Origin: Octopus sinensis
Lineage: Eukaryota
DNA length: 64,000 nt
Assembly (NCBI RefSeq): GCF_006345805.1
Contig: NC_043019.1
Span: 15,499,360-15,563,359 of the forward strand
Direction of reading: 5' to 3'
Below are positions 41,385 to 54,749 of the stretch, one piece after another; position 1 is the stretch's first letter; each line of letters opens with the position of its first letter. Both the position numbers and the translations under genes were made by a program. Below the pieces are notes generated by a model that was given only the letters and a program-made list of their open reading frames with translations, ran no database searches and was not told the origin of the DNA.

Positions 41385-43920
41385 GACACTGTATTTCAAG
41401 ACAATGTGCCAGAGAAAACCGAGATGTCGTTAGGGGGAAGTTTACCCAGAATGATAGAAGCTGACTTGCCTTTATTGCTGAAAGAAAGAAAGTAGCGTGG
41501 AAGTGCCATTACGAGAGACTGTTGAACAAAAGGAGCACATGGGAAAAAGAGGGCTTAACTGCATGCTGACTCTACAGAGGGACCAGCAATTCAAATTGTC
41601 AACAGTATGGTAGATAGAGCAGTTAAGAATATGAAGGGAGAAAAGCTGCTAGTTCATCAGAGGTACTTGCCAAGGTGCTTATTATATCTAGTAAAGCAAG
41701 ATACGTGCTAGATATCCAAATGGTTTATCCTCATTATCAATAAATGGAGATCCAAATGGTTCTCCATCATTTGACAATCAGTGTGTGTTAAGGATGTGAT
41801 TTTAAAAACACAGGTACAATCCATTCAACAGGCCTCTGTGCAGTTTCTGTATTCCGATTTCACTCTCAAGTATGGGTAAACCCTAGGTTATAGAAAATCA
41901 GATCAGCAAAGTGAACTTCTTAACCATTCAGCCATACCGTGCCTACACTCACCCAAGTAATACAGAAAGGCATCATATGCAATGACTGATGCAGCAGTAG
42001 CTTTGTAAACTGTTACAAGGACAAAGGAGGTGTTTTAGAGAGAAGTTATTACTGTGGCATCAGATAGTTGGACCAAGTTATGGCGGTCAAAGAAAGAACC
42101 ATAGCACAATTGAGAAGGAACAGAATTAGTCTTGATGAGATGTTCAACTTAATATTTGGAAGAGGTACCACAAAGGTGGCCTTCTTAGCAGCTGCAGGAG
42201 AAGTACTTAGTAAAGAGTAAGCCACTATATCTAGCATTAGTCAACTTAGAAAAGGCCCAGGGAGGAAAGAGTGATTGGTAGCTGTACAGAAGGGATGTAG
42301 TTAGAGTATAGTGAATAGAGAGAGTTTGATGTAGCCTTTTATACATAGGCCTAGTGATAAGGGAAAGAAGAGAGTGGTGAATATGGTCTATAATCTTGTG
42401 GTGTCTGAGGAAAACTGGTGTAGGGAAATGGCTTGTGAGAGATGTACAAGCTATGTACAGAGGTACAGTCATATTCAGCAGCAGCAGCATTTAATGTCCA
42501 TTTTCCATGCTGGCATGGGTTGGACAATTTGACTGAAAACTGTTAAGATGGAGAGCTGCACCAGATTTCTGTCTGATTTGGCATGATTTCTAAAGCTGGA
42601 TGCCCTTCCTAACACCAACCACTCCAAAAGTGTAGTAACTGCTTTTTACATGCCAGTTATGAAACACCAGCATCGGCCACGGCGAGGATTTCGCTTGGCT
42701 TGACAGGTCTTCTCAATCATGTTATATTGTCAAAGGTCTTGGTCAGTTGTTACTGCCTCCGTGAAGCCTAAAGTTTGAAGGGTGCTTCTTACATGCCACC
42801 AGCATGGGTACCAAGTACATAACACTACGATTTCACTTAGCTTGATGGGTCTTCTCAAGCACAGCATATTGCCCAACATTCGAAGGGTGCTTTTCACATG
42901 CCACCAGCACGAGTGCCAGCATAATGGTAGGGGATCATCAAGGTTTGATTCTCAGCTCCCTCCTATTTATCATAGCCTATTGGCCTTCTCAAAGGAGTTG
43001 AAGTTCAATGTCTTTATGCTGATAATCAAGTTGTAGCTGAATCAATAATAGAAATAGAGGATAAATTCCAGGCATGAAAGCAAAACTTAGAATTCAGAGT
43101 CCTCAAAGTAAACTTTTTAAATCAAAGCTTTAGCAAGTCGGAAAGAAGACAGGACTCTGGTATCATGAAGTAAGTAGCCTTGATGAATATACTGAAAAGG
43201 GGTAGGTAGAAACACCGTATGAGTTAACCAATGTAAGCTATGGACACACAAGAAGTATAGAATCAGAGGCAGGCTTTAAATGTACAGGGGCAGTAAGTAC
43301 TAAGAGCACATATGAAATAGATACTCTTAAATACCTAGAAGGCTCCCTAGAAGTAGATGATAGCTTCTCTTACTTGGATAGCTTACTTAGCAGCAGAGGT
43401 GGTTGTTCTGAAAGTGCTGTTACCAGGATATGAGCGGGTTGGTAAAAGTTCAAGAGCGCTGTTATCTCTGCTGGTAACAAAGGTCTTTTCTTTCAGAGTG
43501 AAGAGCAGATTGTAAATTGTTTGTGTTCAAACTGCAATGCTGCATGGTGGTGAGAAAAGGACCTTGAATATAGACAGCTTGCCAAGGCTACAAAAAAAAA
43601 AAGAAAGATGATGCAGGCTTGCTCTACTGAATGTGTAATATTTGTGTGAATGACCGTCAAAGTACAAATAAGCTGAGAGAAAAACTGGTTGTAAGAGGAA
43701 ACAGATCTAATATGCAAGGGGGAAGGCTGCATTGGCATGAACATGTGATGCATAAAGAAGTACCAAAGCTCTCCAAGTTAGTGGAACCCTGGGAAGGGGC
43801 AAACTGAAGAAGAATTGGGATGACATAATAAAAGCTGACCTGAAGATGCTGCATTTCACAGAGATGACAAAGGACAGTTTTGATTGGTGATACACAGTAC
43901 TAGAGAAGAGCTGACCACCC
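41385..43920 (+). mobile_element. 5'-truncated RTE LINE ORF2 interrupted by SINE insertions
   Basis: Frameshifted RT segments include LAxVNLEKA, YADN (decayed YADD) near 43015, and a 3' PGKGQ/WDDIIKADLKML-like end. SINEs are inserted near 41820-41950 and 42480-42920. Confidence 0.85.
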
Positions 43921-44879
43921 ACAATGAATTACAGTGAAAATGATGGCAGTAATGGAAGCTGGGATCTATATGTTTGTTTGTATGTATATACACACTTATA
44001 TACATATTTGTACCCTGCAAAGTCTGTACCTATTGCCACCTCTGAATCCTTAACTCCTCTGTCACTTATCTCCCTCTTTCACCCATCTCTCCATCACATC
44101 ACTCACATCCACACCACCTGTATCGCTTGCATAATGGTGGTTGGCATGGAGGCCAGCATGCATTCAGTCCCTCCTATCTACCATCATCATCATCAGTCTA
44201 CCTCTCTCACTGTCCATGAGATCTCTGTAATAAGCGACTGCATCAGATCATACTCATCACTGGGCCTACATAAAAAAAGGGCTACAGTGAAGAACTATCT
44301 CTACTCATTGTGCTCTAACTACATCTTTCTGTATTGCTAGCAGTCACGATGCTTTCTCCCCCCAAGCCACTTCAGCTGTACCCACAACAGTCGTACTGTT
44401 GCTCCTTTCACCGACCCATTCTGTTCTTTCTTTTGTCATTGCTCTTTCTCCTGTTCCCCTCCTTGGTCACATCACTGTGAGTAAACATACATATCTTAGG
44501 ATTCTGACTGCTCTTTACATTTACAGTGCACAAGAAGTCCTTTTAGTTCCATTTTTCCAAAGTCTTGACAACCTCTCTAGTGCTGGTGCCAGTACACACT
44601 CTAAAGAAGTTGGCAGACAAGTGGAGAGATCTCTTTTGTGCTGTGTTTCCGAGGACACAACAACCTCACTAATACTTTTGCTATGAGAGAATGCACCCAC
44701 TGCAGTCTGTATAACGTTTGGTGATAGGAAGGGCATCCAGCCAGTGCAACCAAACTAAAATGAAATGCACAAGCACCAGTCTTTGAGAGCAGTGACAACC
44801 CATCCAATCCATAGCAGCAGGATATTTAAAGGTATTAAAGTGGATGTAAAAATGATGATGATGGTAGTGGTGGTGGCCT

Positions 44880-45345
44880 TGACCAGCAAACCTTCCAACT
44901 TGTGCATTTGTGTGTACACACGTTTTACACCATTTGTCTGAAGGTCCTTGTAAGAGACTCAAAACATTCTTTTCAAATGCATTGATTATGTTCTCTTCAA
45001 ATTTGTTCAGGGTCCATGCTTTGCAACCACAAATGTCTATTGGCCAAATGAGTGCTTGCACTGGCCCTTTTTTTTTTTTAACTTAGCTGGGACATTTTGG
45101 CTGCTCCAGATGTGAAGCTTTTCCATGGCCGTTCTTGTCATGGCTAGTCGTGTCCTAATTTCTTTCTTACATGTGGCTTCATTAGAGATTTGTGACTGGA
45201 GAAATCTTAGGATTGAGATTTCATCTTGCACACGAAGGCCTCAGGATGAAATTGGATTCTTTTGTTTGAAGAAGTCTAAAGTACCATATCCTCATGACCA
45301 GACCATTTTTCATGGAAGACTGATAATGAAGGACACCACTATATG
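44880..45345 (-). mobile_element. RTE (BovB-like) LINE fragment
   Basis: Peptides EIRTRLAMTRTAMEKL and ALIWPIDICGCKAWTLNKFEENIINAFE are typical of the post-RT region of RTE elements. Confidence 0.8.
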
Positions 45346-46149
45346 AAAGTGACACTTGTTTATATGATGTGATATAAACAAGGCAAGGAGACAGCAACTC
45401 TCTCTCTCTCTCACACACACACACTAAGCTTCTTGCAGTTTCTGTCTACCAAATCCACTTAAAAGGATTGGACAACTTTTCAGCAAGGTACCGTGCTGTT
45501 GGGCTGAACCCAGATCCATGTGGTTGGGAAACAAGCTTCTTCACCACATTAACTACATCTGCACCCTATGTTGATGATAATAAAGAGGAAGATAACAGAA
45601 GCAGAAAGGAAGACAACCTTTTTTTTTTCCATCCTTTTGTTTGAACTGATTCGGTGGAGACAAACAACAGCTCTCACTCACAATCTCGTATTTATTTTCA
45701 AAAGTGAAAACCCCTGAGTGTTTTACTTTTGTGTTATTCCCTTTGAGGGAGATTTGGCTCTGATTTATCTTTTAGCAATTTAAACAGCCATGCCTTGTTG
45801 TCTCAACATGGTAAAATAGATAATTTAAGACATTCTTTGTTCATTCATTATTATTGTATTAACTTTGTGTATATCATCATTATTATCATTTAACATCTGT
45901 CTTCCATGCTGGCATGGGTTGGACGGCTTGACAGGAACTGGTAAGGCCAAGGGCTACACCAGGTTCCATAGTCTATTTTGGTTTGGTTTCTATGTCCAGA
46001 TGCTCTTCCTAATGCCAACCACTCAACAGAGTTACTGGGTGCTTTTTAAGTGGTGCCAATGCTTTTTACATGGCACCTTGGTTTAAGAATCTTGATTCTG
46101 TTGTGGTGGGCAGGACTTCTCAAGTACAGCATGCATGCATATATACATA

Positions 46150-46480
46150 TTGATTTGGGATAGAGAAGAGAAACTGTGCACAGTTGTGGAAATTAGCTGC
46201 CCAGCGGATGTTAACATAAAGCTGAAGATCAGTGAAAAAGAGAACACCTATGCAGAACTATTGAGAAATCTGCAGTTACTTTATCCAGATTACAAGTTCA
46301 GGTTTATACCTATAATTATTGGGGTCCTGGGATATGTAACACATTGCCTAAATGCCAATCTTAAGAATTTAGGCTTCTCAAAACCAGAACGGAGAAAGCT
46401 AATTCGAAGACTACAGATCCAATCCATCACTGGAACTGTGAAAATCTGTAAAATTTTCCAGAATTTAATCATTTAAATAG
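46150..46480 (+). mobile_element. R4/Dong-like non-LTR retrotransposon, C-terminal restriction-like endonuclease domain
   Basis: ORF 46135-46476 (ILIWDREEKLCTVVEISCPAD..YAELLRNLQLLYPDYKFRFIPIIIGVLG) fits the PD..D/E..K RLE pattern. The 5' side is cut by a SINE. Confidence 0.8.
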
Positions 46481-47378
46481 ATATGAGCATATCTAGATAT
46501 GCATCTATATGCATGAGAAAACATGCATAAAACAAACCATACAAATCTGCACATATGCTTACATACATACAAAAATACCCTCTTGATATTGTTGAAATTC
46601 CAATGAAGGGGTCTTGGATCTAGGTTAGAAACCGGTTCTTTCTCTATTGGCAAGAAATCTTGAAATAAACTGATTAATGACATACATACGGTTCAAATGT
46701 ACAAAAGACAAAGACAGGTGAGGGAATAACAAGCAAGGTGTATAAGTTTAAGACTCTGGAAAAACGGAAGAGTCTGCACTCTTGTAATGGGTGTATATGT
46801 ATTCTTTTCATTTCAACGCAAAAGCTGGGGTGCTACCAAAGTATATATGTGTGTGAGTGTATCATCTTTTAACATATATATATATATAAGATTTGTCTAC
46901 ATACATGCCTTTTAGTTATGTTAAACATAACATCAGGGATAATGCTTTTGAGATTGGTATGCCTACCTCTTTCCTTTCAAACCTAGTTAAATAAACAGTT
47001 TTATATCACCTAATCTTCTAAAACAAAGCAAATCAGTTATTTATTTGTTTGTTTGTAAAAGATGATCCCTATTACTTACAGGGCCACACCCAAGTGACCC
47101 CAATCTCCTTCTATTGTCCTAAAAAAACTGGCTAATTTCTTTTTAACTAGGTGGTAATAATATACCTCTTTAATACTGACATATAAATAAATATACATGA
47201 CACATACACACAAATACAAATATACATACACTCCACTACAACACCAGCACATAACCACCACAGTACACACACACACACAAACGCATACACACATGCAAAC
47301 ACCCTCTCACAAAGGTCTACTTAAGCAAAGCTGATCTAGGGATAAACAACATGCTCTACATACACAAATTATCACCAC

Positions 47379-47379
47379 A

Positions 47380-47413
<34 letters not shown>
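47379..47413. repeat. (CA)n microsatellite
   Basis: Directly visible. Confidence 0.95.
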
Positions 47414-47417
<4 letters not shown>

Positions 47418-48193
47418 GAAGGTCTACTTGAGCAAAGTTGACTTGAGGCTAAACAACCACATAACATACACCACCACCACACAACACACAGTCCATCACT
47501 CTGTGAACATTATACGCATGCATACATAATACCCTGTAATATGTAAACAAACAAAATAAAGGAGAGTATTTTGGGAGATTTAAATCACAGATTATAGTAA
47601 CTTGTTTTATTTTAATCTGAAATATTTAATAGTAACAGCATTTACAGTATATTTATGGGAATGTGATAATGAAGTTAGTACATTGAATATATATAGATAT
47701 ATATGTAATTTAGATTCAGTTGAATTAGGTACTGAAATTGAGGTCCCTTGTTACAATGAACTTATTTTCGCACTCAAACAATATTAGGTGAGTATCAAAT
47801 TCTAGATAGAATTTTTCCCACCCGATATTCATGCAGTGTACATGCAGATGGCATGATTCAACTTAGTGAATAAGTCCGCTCTTGTTTGTTCAGACATGTC
47901 TTTTATATAAAGATACTTTCCAAATACTTCCAAAGTGCAGATCCCAGGGTAGGTGAGTAAAATGTAAATGAGTAACAAGGATGTATAAATGTCACTTATA
48001 CATCTTTGTTACTCATTTATATATAGAGAGACAGGGAGAGAAGTCATAATGTATGGATTCAGTTAATTACTTATTATAAAATAAATTATCTTTGCATATT
48101 TTAAGTTGCGAAAAAAATGTTGTGATATAATAATTCTCAACAGTTAGATAAATTCTATCGTCCTATATTTCTTGTGTTATTTATAATTGTATA

Positions 48194-49393
48194 TGTTGGG
48201 TCATCCCATAAATAATGTGGGTTTTTTTTTATACTCCTTCATTTTTTACAATGCTCTTCTATCTATCTGGTAGACTTGCAAGGTCCCTCATCCAAAATTC
48301 ACTTGTCTCCTCCACTACTGTTCTGACCTCATTTACAGAATTCTTATTTTTTTCCATCCAAATAATTTTGAAGACTATGGAATAAATGATAATCAGATGG
48401 GGCAATGTCCAGCATCGTTTCCCGTTCAAACTGCTCCAGTTTTTGGAATATCATTCTCACTGTATGTGGCCGAGTATTATTATCCTGATTGAAGAACACT
48501 TTACATCTTGAAATCAAAGATGGCCATTTGTCTTCTAGCACTGACTTAAGCCGCTCAAGCTGTTCGCAGTAGATCTCCTTTGTTATTGTTTGGTTTGGGT
48601 TTAAAAGTTCATAGTGGACTCAACCTTTCATATCCCACCAAACAGATAACAACATCTTACATGGGTGAAGCCCTTCTTTAGCCTGGGGTGCTGGTGCTTT
48701 TCCTTTCCCTACCCACTGTCTTTAGCACTTAACATTTTTATAGAGAACCCATTTCTCATCACCAGTCACTATTCCGTCCAAAAAGGTTCATCTGTGAGAT
48801 GAAAGCAAAGAGGAGCACACATTCACTCTCTGCACGCAATTAGACTCGGAAAGTTTGTGAGGAACCCATTGACCCAGTTTGCTGACTTTTCTGATGGTAC
48901 ACAAGTGTTGATGAATGGTTGACTGATCAAGTCCAAGCTTCTCTGCTAGTTCCTCAGTTAGAATGGGATTTTGTTCCACCAGGGTTTGCAGGACATCCTC
49001 ATCGAGCTCTACAGATCTTCCAGGACGAAGCTCTTCTTCTAGGCTGTAGTTTCCAGTTCAGAATTTCTGGAGCCACCATTGACACTGGCTTACACTTATT
49101 GTCCTTTTCTCATATCCTGCATTAATATTCCTCGCACTTTCTGTGGCACTGTTGCTTTTATTGAACTCAAAGCAAAATATACAGAATATGCTCCTTTGTC
49201 ACTTCCATTATAGCTTTGTAAAAATAACTCTTAAAATCGAACTGCACTCTTCAGAACTTGCACTAAGAATGAAAACAAGGTAAAATTACTACCTACTTTT
49301 ATAGCAAGTTGATGCAGGTAGTTTATCCTGTCCTCCTCCGACTTTTAGTTTGTGCTGTCGAAAAAACTGCATTACTTATGGGATGACCCAATA
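48194..49393 (-). mobile_element. Full-length (1200 bp) degenerate mariner element
   Basis: TIRs T(G/A)TTGGGTCATCCCATAA(A/G)TAATG with TA on both flanks. Peptides include LGQWVPHKLSE and DIAPSDYHLFHSLQNYLDGK. Multiple stops and frameshifts. Confidence 0.93.
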
Positions 49394-49665
49394 TATGTGC
49401 ATGCGTGTGTATATGCACGTGTGTGTGTGTGTGTGTGTGTCTTGTCATGACATCATGTAATTCCTGTAAATGAATGTCATTGTTACAAGTACATGTTTGG
49501 TTGCAGGGAAATATTACCTTTACTTGAAAACAGGTGAGGGTTGGTGACCGGAAGGATATCCAATCATAGAAAATCTGCCTCAATAGACTCTCTCTAGCCC
49601 AGGGAAAATTGTACATTAAAACAATGACGTGTGTGTGTATAGATAGATATATATATAGATATTAG

Positions 49666-50003
49666 TGAAGGCACATAGCTCAGTGGGTAGAGCATCAAAT
49701 TTACGATCGTGAGGTTGTGAGTTTGAATCCCGGACCGGGCTGTGTGTTGTGTTCTTGAGCAAGACACTTTATTTCACGTTGCACCAGTTCACTCAGCTGT
49801 AGAAATGAGTTGCTATGTCACTGGTGCCAAGCTGTATCGGCCCCTTTGCCTTTCCCTTGGATAACATCGGTGGCGTGGAGAGGGGAGACTGGTATGCATG
49901 GGCGACTGCTTGTCTTCCATAAACAACCTTGCGCAGACTTGTGCCTCGGAGGGGAACTTTCTAGGTGCAATCCCATGGTCTTTCATAACTGAAGGGGGTC
50001 TCT
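49666..50003 (+). mobile_element. tRNA-derived SINE with a central conserved domain and long 3' tail
   Basis: Head has an A-box (tagctcagtgg) and a decayed B-box (gagtttgaatccc), followed by gtgttcttgagcaagacactttatttcac. Relatives occur near 8425-8670, 16500-16660, 21800-22060 and 51130-51480. Confidence 0.8.
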
Positions 50004-50109
50004 GAGTTGATACAAGGCTGGCAACCCAATAGTAACTACCAAAGAATGAATGCTTTACATTGATACATATACACTTGTGTGTTATGTGGAGAAGTGGTAA
50101 ATAATAATA

Positions 50110-50362
50110 ATAGTAACTGTAAGCTTAAAACCTATAAGAGGTGACCATGTATTGGCTAAAGAAAATAGTCTAATATTGGGGTAGATAAGCCCTTGATGGA
50201 AAAAAAAAAGTGTTTTTTTTCTTCTTATAGGGTGTAAGTTCATTTCCCATGTGTACAAAAAAAACTCACTTTTTTTCCGTTGAGGGCTTATATGCCCCAC
50301 TATTAGACTATTTTCTTTAGCCAATACCCGGTGATCTCTTATAAGCTTTAAACTTATTGCTA
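50110..50362. mobile_element. Foldback MITE, about 250 bp with about 105-bp inverted arms
   Basis: The arm core tattggctaaagaaaatagtctaata is exactly inverted (tattagactattttctttagccaata), and flanking arm sequence aligns with scattered mismatches. Confidence 0.8.
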
Positions 50363-52116
50363 TTTACAGAATATACAGTTGTGCTTAGAATTGCTGTATC
50401 CGTGAGCTTTTTAGATTTGCTACAATCAAAAGCTGCACATTAACATCTGGTGTTAGGTCTGAGAATCTCAGACTTAGCACCTTAATCTGAGCATCTACAA
50501 GAGACACTGTCAGGACCAACCACTGGCATTTGACTTGGGCAAGACACATTAGATTTACAACCCTTCTGAACTCTGCTAGAAACAGACAGAGACCATGTTG
50601 GTGATATGCAGAAATAGGATGGATTATATATATATACATATAAGATAGAACACTAGACAGTCACTAGACCTGTTGCAGATTGCAACTAAATCTCATTTAA
50701 ATCACAGCTTGTTAGCTTTAAAATTTTTAAACAGTTGCAACATATTGGATAACATAGTATTTGATATACTATACCTGAAAACAGATTGTGGTGACAGCTG
50801 GACTATCTTTTATTGTCGGTATGCTTAATCGGTCCAGGCTTGTGGTTAAACAACAACAACAGCCTTTATCTATCTCATGATTATTTCCCTTGATTAGTCA
50901 CTACTATACATATTAAGGACCCAGCTGATGTTTTATTATCTTCTGTTTTATGGTTTCATATTCCTTGAATGGATTATGGGTTACACTTATGTTTTTATTG
51001 GAAAGGTTAACAAAGCAATCTGTTTGTGCTCATAGTTTTATTCATCTATTGATTGGTATGGTATATTAGTCTTCTATTCATTTACTGGCCTCACTCATTG
51101 GATTATGGTCATGCTGGAGCACCACCTTAGAAATGGAAAAAAACTGGCACTTTGTTGGTTACAACAATGAGTGTTCCAATTGATCTGATCAACGGAACAG
51201 CCTGCACATGAAGTTAATGTGCAAGTGGCTGAATACTCCACAGATACATGTATCCTTAATGCAGTTCTCAGAGAGATTCAGTGTGACACAGAATGTGACA
51301 TGGCTGCCCTTTTGAAATACAGGCACTACTCATTTCTGCCAGCTGAATGGACTGGAGCAATGTGAAATAAAGTGTCTTGCTCAAGGACATGAAGCACCAT
51401 TGGGAATTGAACTCATGACCATATAATTGTGAGCCAAACATCCTAATCACTTAGCCATGTGCCATTGTGCCTTAGAAATGTAGGCAGGAAATAAATCGTC
51501 TCTCTCCACACCCAAGTAATTGACTGGTATTATTTTATTATTTATCAACTTCAGAAAGATGACATTTGAATGCAGATCAAGGCAGCTCCAGCAAGCTGTA
51601 TATCTAATTTCATATCACATCCTTCATGACAACTGCCCCCCACCCACGACATAAATGACCTTCAGTATTTTAATTGTAACTGAATTGCTCACTTTGCAGC
51701 AATGTTAGCTTTGCATCTCATATCTTCATTTCTAAGTACCTGCTGATCACTGGGGTCAATGTGATTGACTGCTTAAATACTACTGGGTAATGAGTATAAA
51801 ACTGCATCTGACTGCCAAGCCATGTCGAGCCAGTGTGGCAGAGTAAGCTCTTCAAACCAGCAGGATCTCAAGCTCAAGTTCACAACCTCCACATCAAACT
51901 GGTTGGTGGAGAGAACATGCTGAGGCCGTCATCCTGCAGTAGACTGAACATAGGCAATCCAATCCAATCTAATCCAGTCTTAGGGGGAATGATAAAATAT
52001 ATACCCCCCAGACAAAGATTAATTAACAAAATATCTGGAATGACTTGCTCAAGCATGGTTTCCCCAACTCTAGGGTCATTGGTCATTTCTCACTCTTTAT
52101 CCCCTATTCCCTACAT

Positions 52117-52462
52117 CAGTGGTTTCCCGACAATTTTTTTTTATACCTATGGACCCCCTTTAATTACTATTTTATTCTGGTGGAACTGCCACAGCCATTA
52201 GATGTTTTAAAATCTAGTTTTATAGATGCTTCTTCCTATTTTGTTTTTCACTTGTTCATTTACATATGTTAGCAAGAAACCTGTTGGATTACGTTAAGTG
52301 TTAGAAAAAAATACCAAGCTGGTTCTTGCAATAAATACATTGAAAACAAAATTACTTTTTGGATCCTTAAAATATTACTGTAGATACCCAAATTACTATT
52401 TTCCTTGTGTGGATCCTCCCCCACCAAAAAAATCTTAAATGGACCCAGGATGAGAACCACTG
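52117..52462. mobile_element. hAT MITE, 346 bp, with an 8-bp target-site duplication
   Basis: Ends cagtggtttcccgac and gagaaccactg. Flanks ccctacat and tcctacat match at 7 of 8 positions. Confidence 0.85.
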
Positions 52463-53949
52463 TCCTACATTGAGCCTTCAGCCCTGCCCTGTCTTTACAG
52501 GTGTTTCAAACCTCCTCTCTCCTCTTCCATGCATTCATCTCTTGCTCCTATACATTCTTGCAAATCCCCACCTACCTATCCACCCACAGTTTGTCCCCCA
52601 CTCCTTTCTTTTTACCTCACACCACAAGGGCGCCACCTGGACATTTCATCGCCACTATTTATCACTTTCCAGCTCCTGCTGCTTGTTCTCTCTTTCTCTC
52701 TCTCCTAAATGTGAGTAGCCATGTGGTCCCCTGACAAGAATCTGCATTGCCTCTCCCCACCTTCTCTCATACTTTCACCTTTCATCCTTAACATAAAGCT
52801 GACCCTCTTCTTTGAGACTCTAGTCATGTGAGCTGTATGGCAGAAACAGTTCCTTGTAACATTTAATTATAAAAATATATTACGATTTTTTAAGCATGAA
52901 ATGGCTATGGGGGTCTGCTAGAATAAAATAGGAACCAAAGGGGTCAATGGGCAAAAAAGTGGTTGAGAACCACTGATCTAATGTGTCCTTTTTCTTAAGA
53001 TAATCAGTTAGTGCTTTAATAAAGATTTTGCATCTATTTCTAGCAGGCTGAGTAACCATATTGTGGTTCCCAGGGAGTGGTGGAGATAGTGTTGGTGATA
53101 GTATGCCATGTTATGTAATTAACTCATTTATTTTTGACTATATTTTCTCATATTCACAATGTCAATTATCATTGGTGCTGCCTGCTCCTTATACCTTATT
53201 TATTTCATTCATAGGGTCATTTAACCTTTTAAGTGACATGAAAAACTTACCAAAGTGCTCATATTTAATTTAAACTCATGATGATAATATGAGTGATGGC
53301 ATGGGATTTCAGTTGTCCAGCACCAATTCAATATACACACACACGCACACACATAATTATATACATGCATACATACACGCAAACTTAAATTGTGTTGAAC
53401 AAATGAGAGAGGAGTGCTCAATAGATGTAGAGTATATGGTTTATTGCAACTGAACCATCATCTTGCACCTCAAGTTCCATACTGCTGTAATTCTCAGATA
53501 AGTGTGGTAATTGCAGAATGTTGAGGCAGTTTCATGTTGTCTCCATTCTCACCACATCCAGTTAGTCAGGACAGATGCCTGATACTAGACAGAAAATTTT
53601 GTTGCCACAAATATAGCACAATTTTCCAGTCGTGGTTGATCAGCCACAGATTGTTGCATCAGTAAGCTTGCCATAAACTCCAAGCAGTGTCTCCCAGTGT
53701 GTAATTATTGCTGTGAGTATTTGTAAAAGACCAACGCAATTAAAACTTTATGTGCAATAATGAAATCTTCTGTTAATTGTTTGCAGGTGTTGTTAGTTAT
53801 TTCTTCACATGGTCCTAGAAATACATTTTCATTTAGCAACTAGTCATCACCTCAGACCAGCCAACAACAAAAACACGCGACAATATAGTCATGAGAAATA
53901 TGACCACAAAAGGCTTAGCAATGCATATTTCCTTGTTAGGATAAACATC

Positions 53950-54245
53950 TTAGCTCAAGAGTGCAGGAAGTCTTCCTTAAACATCTTTAATAATAATGTC
54001 GGGGTGTTTTAGCCTTGATTTCCATGTCACTTTGTGCAGATTTGTCTCGGGGATAACACAACTGTACTATTACTCAGTTATTGAGTTGAACAGATGAATG
54101 AATGGACGGATGGATGAATGAATGACTGATTACATTACTACTTGTTTCGTTACTCTGATTCGAAAGTGTTGGCATATTTCCCAATGAATATAATATATAA
54201 CCAGCTACTCAGTCATTCATACCTCTGAATACATACATACATTAC

Positions 54246-54297
<52 letters not shown>

Positions 54298-54560
54298 ATG
54301 TATAGATTGCATTTTTTGCTATGACTGCTGGGCAGCAACAGATGAGATGCTTTATTGTATCTTCATGTCGACTGCACATTCTCCAATTGCTATTAGCCTC
54401 TTGCTTTATTATTTTTGTGTTTGTAGCTTCTGTTGGCCAAACCATTGATCCTGCTCTCACAGCTATAATCAGGCCTTCTCTTTTCTGCTTTTAGTCTGGA
54501 ACTTTTCATCAATTGTTGGCTTTCGTTTCTATTTATTTCTACTCAATCTAGTATTGCTGG
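53950..54560 (-). mobile_element. R4/Dong-like LINE fragment (CCHC zinc knuckle plus endonuclease start)
   Basis: ORF 54242-54460 gives WRMCSRHEDTIKHLICCCP (decayed CCHC), and KHPDIIIKD lies near 54010. A (TA)n tract splits the fragment. Confidence 0.7.
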
Positions 54561-54749
54561 GTACTGACCATACAGAGATTTTTTTATTATTATTTTCTCT
54601 TCTCCATTTTTTACTACAATCTCTCTTTTTCTCTTTCTCTCTCTTGTACATACATAATATCTGTATGTATGTGCATGTATATAAGTGTATGTGTGTTGTA
54701 TGTATTTGCGTGTGTGTGTTTTTATCTATATATGTGTATGAGTGTGATC

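Noticed and set aside
46135-46476. Clean 113-aa ORF as a possible host gene
   Set aside because: It matches the restriction-like endonuclease end of an R4/Dong-type retrotransposon and is 5'-truncated by a SINE.
49666-49745. tRNA-like sequence with A and B boxes (similar heads near 8425 and 16590-16660)
   Set aside because: It has no proper acceptor stem or cloverleaf, the B box is decayed, and it continues directly into SINE body sequence.
50449-50481. 15-bp stem with a 3-nt loop (ggtgttaggtctgag-aat-ctcagacttagcacc)
   Set aside because: Too short for a miRNA precursor, with no supporting context. A chance or repeat-derived palindrome is likely.
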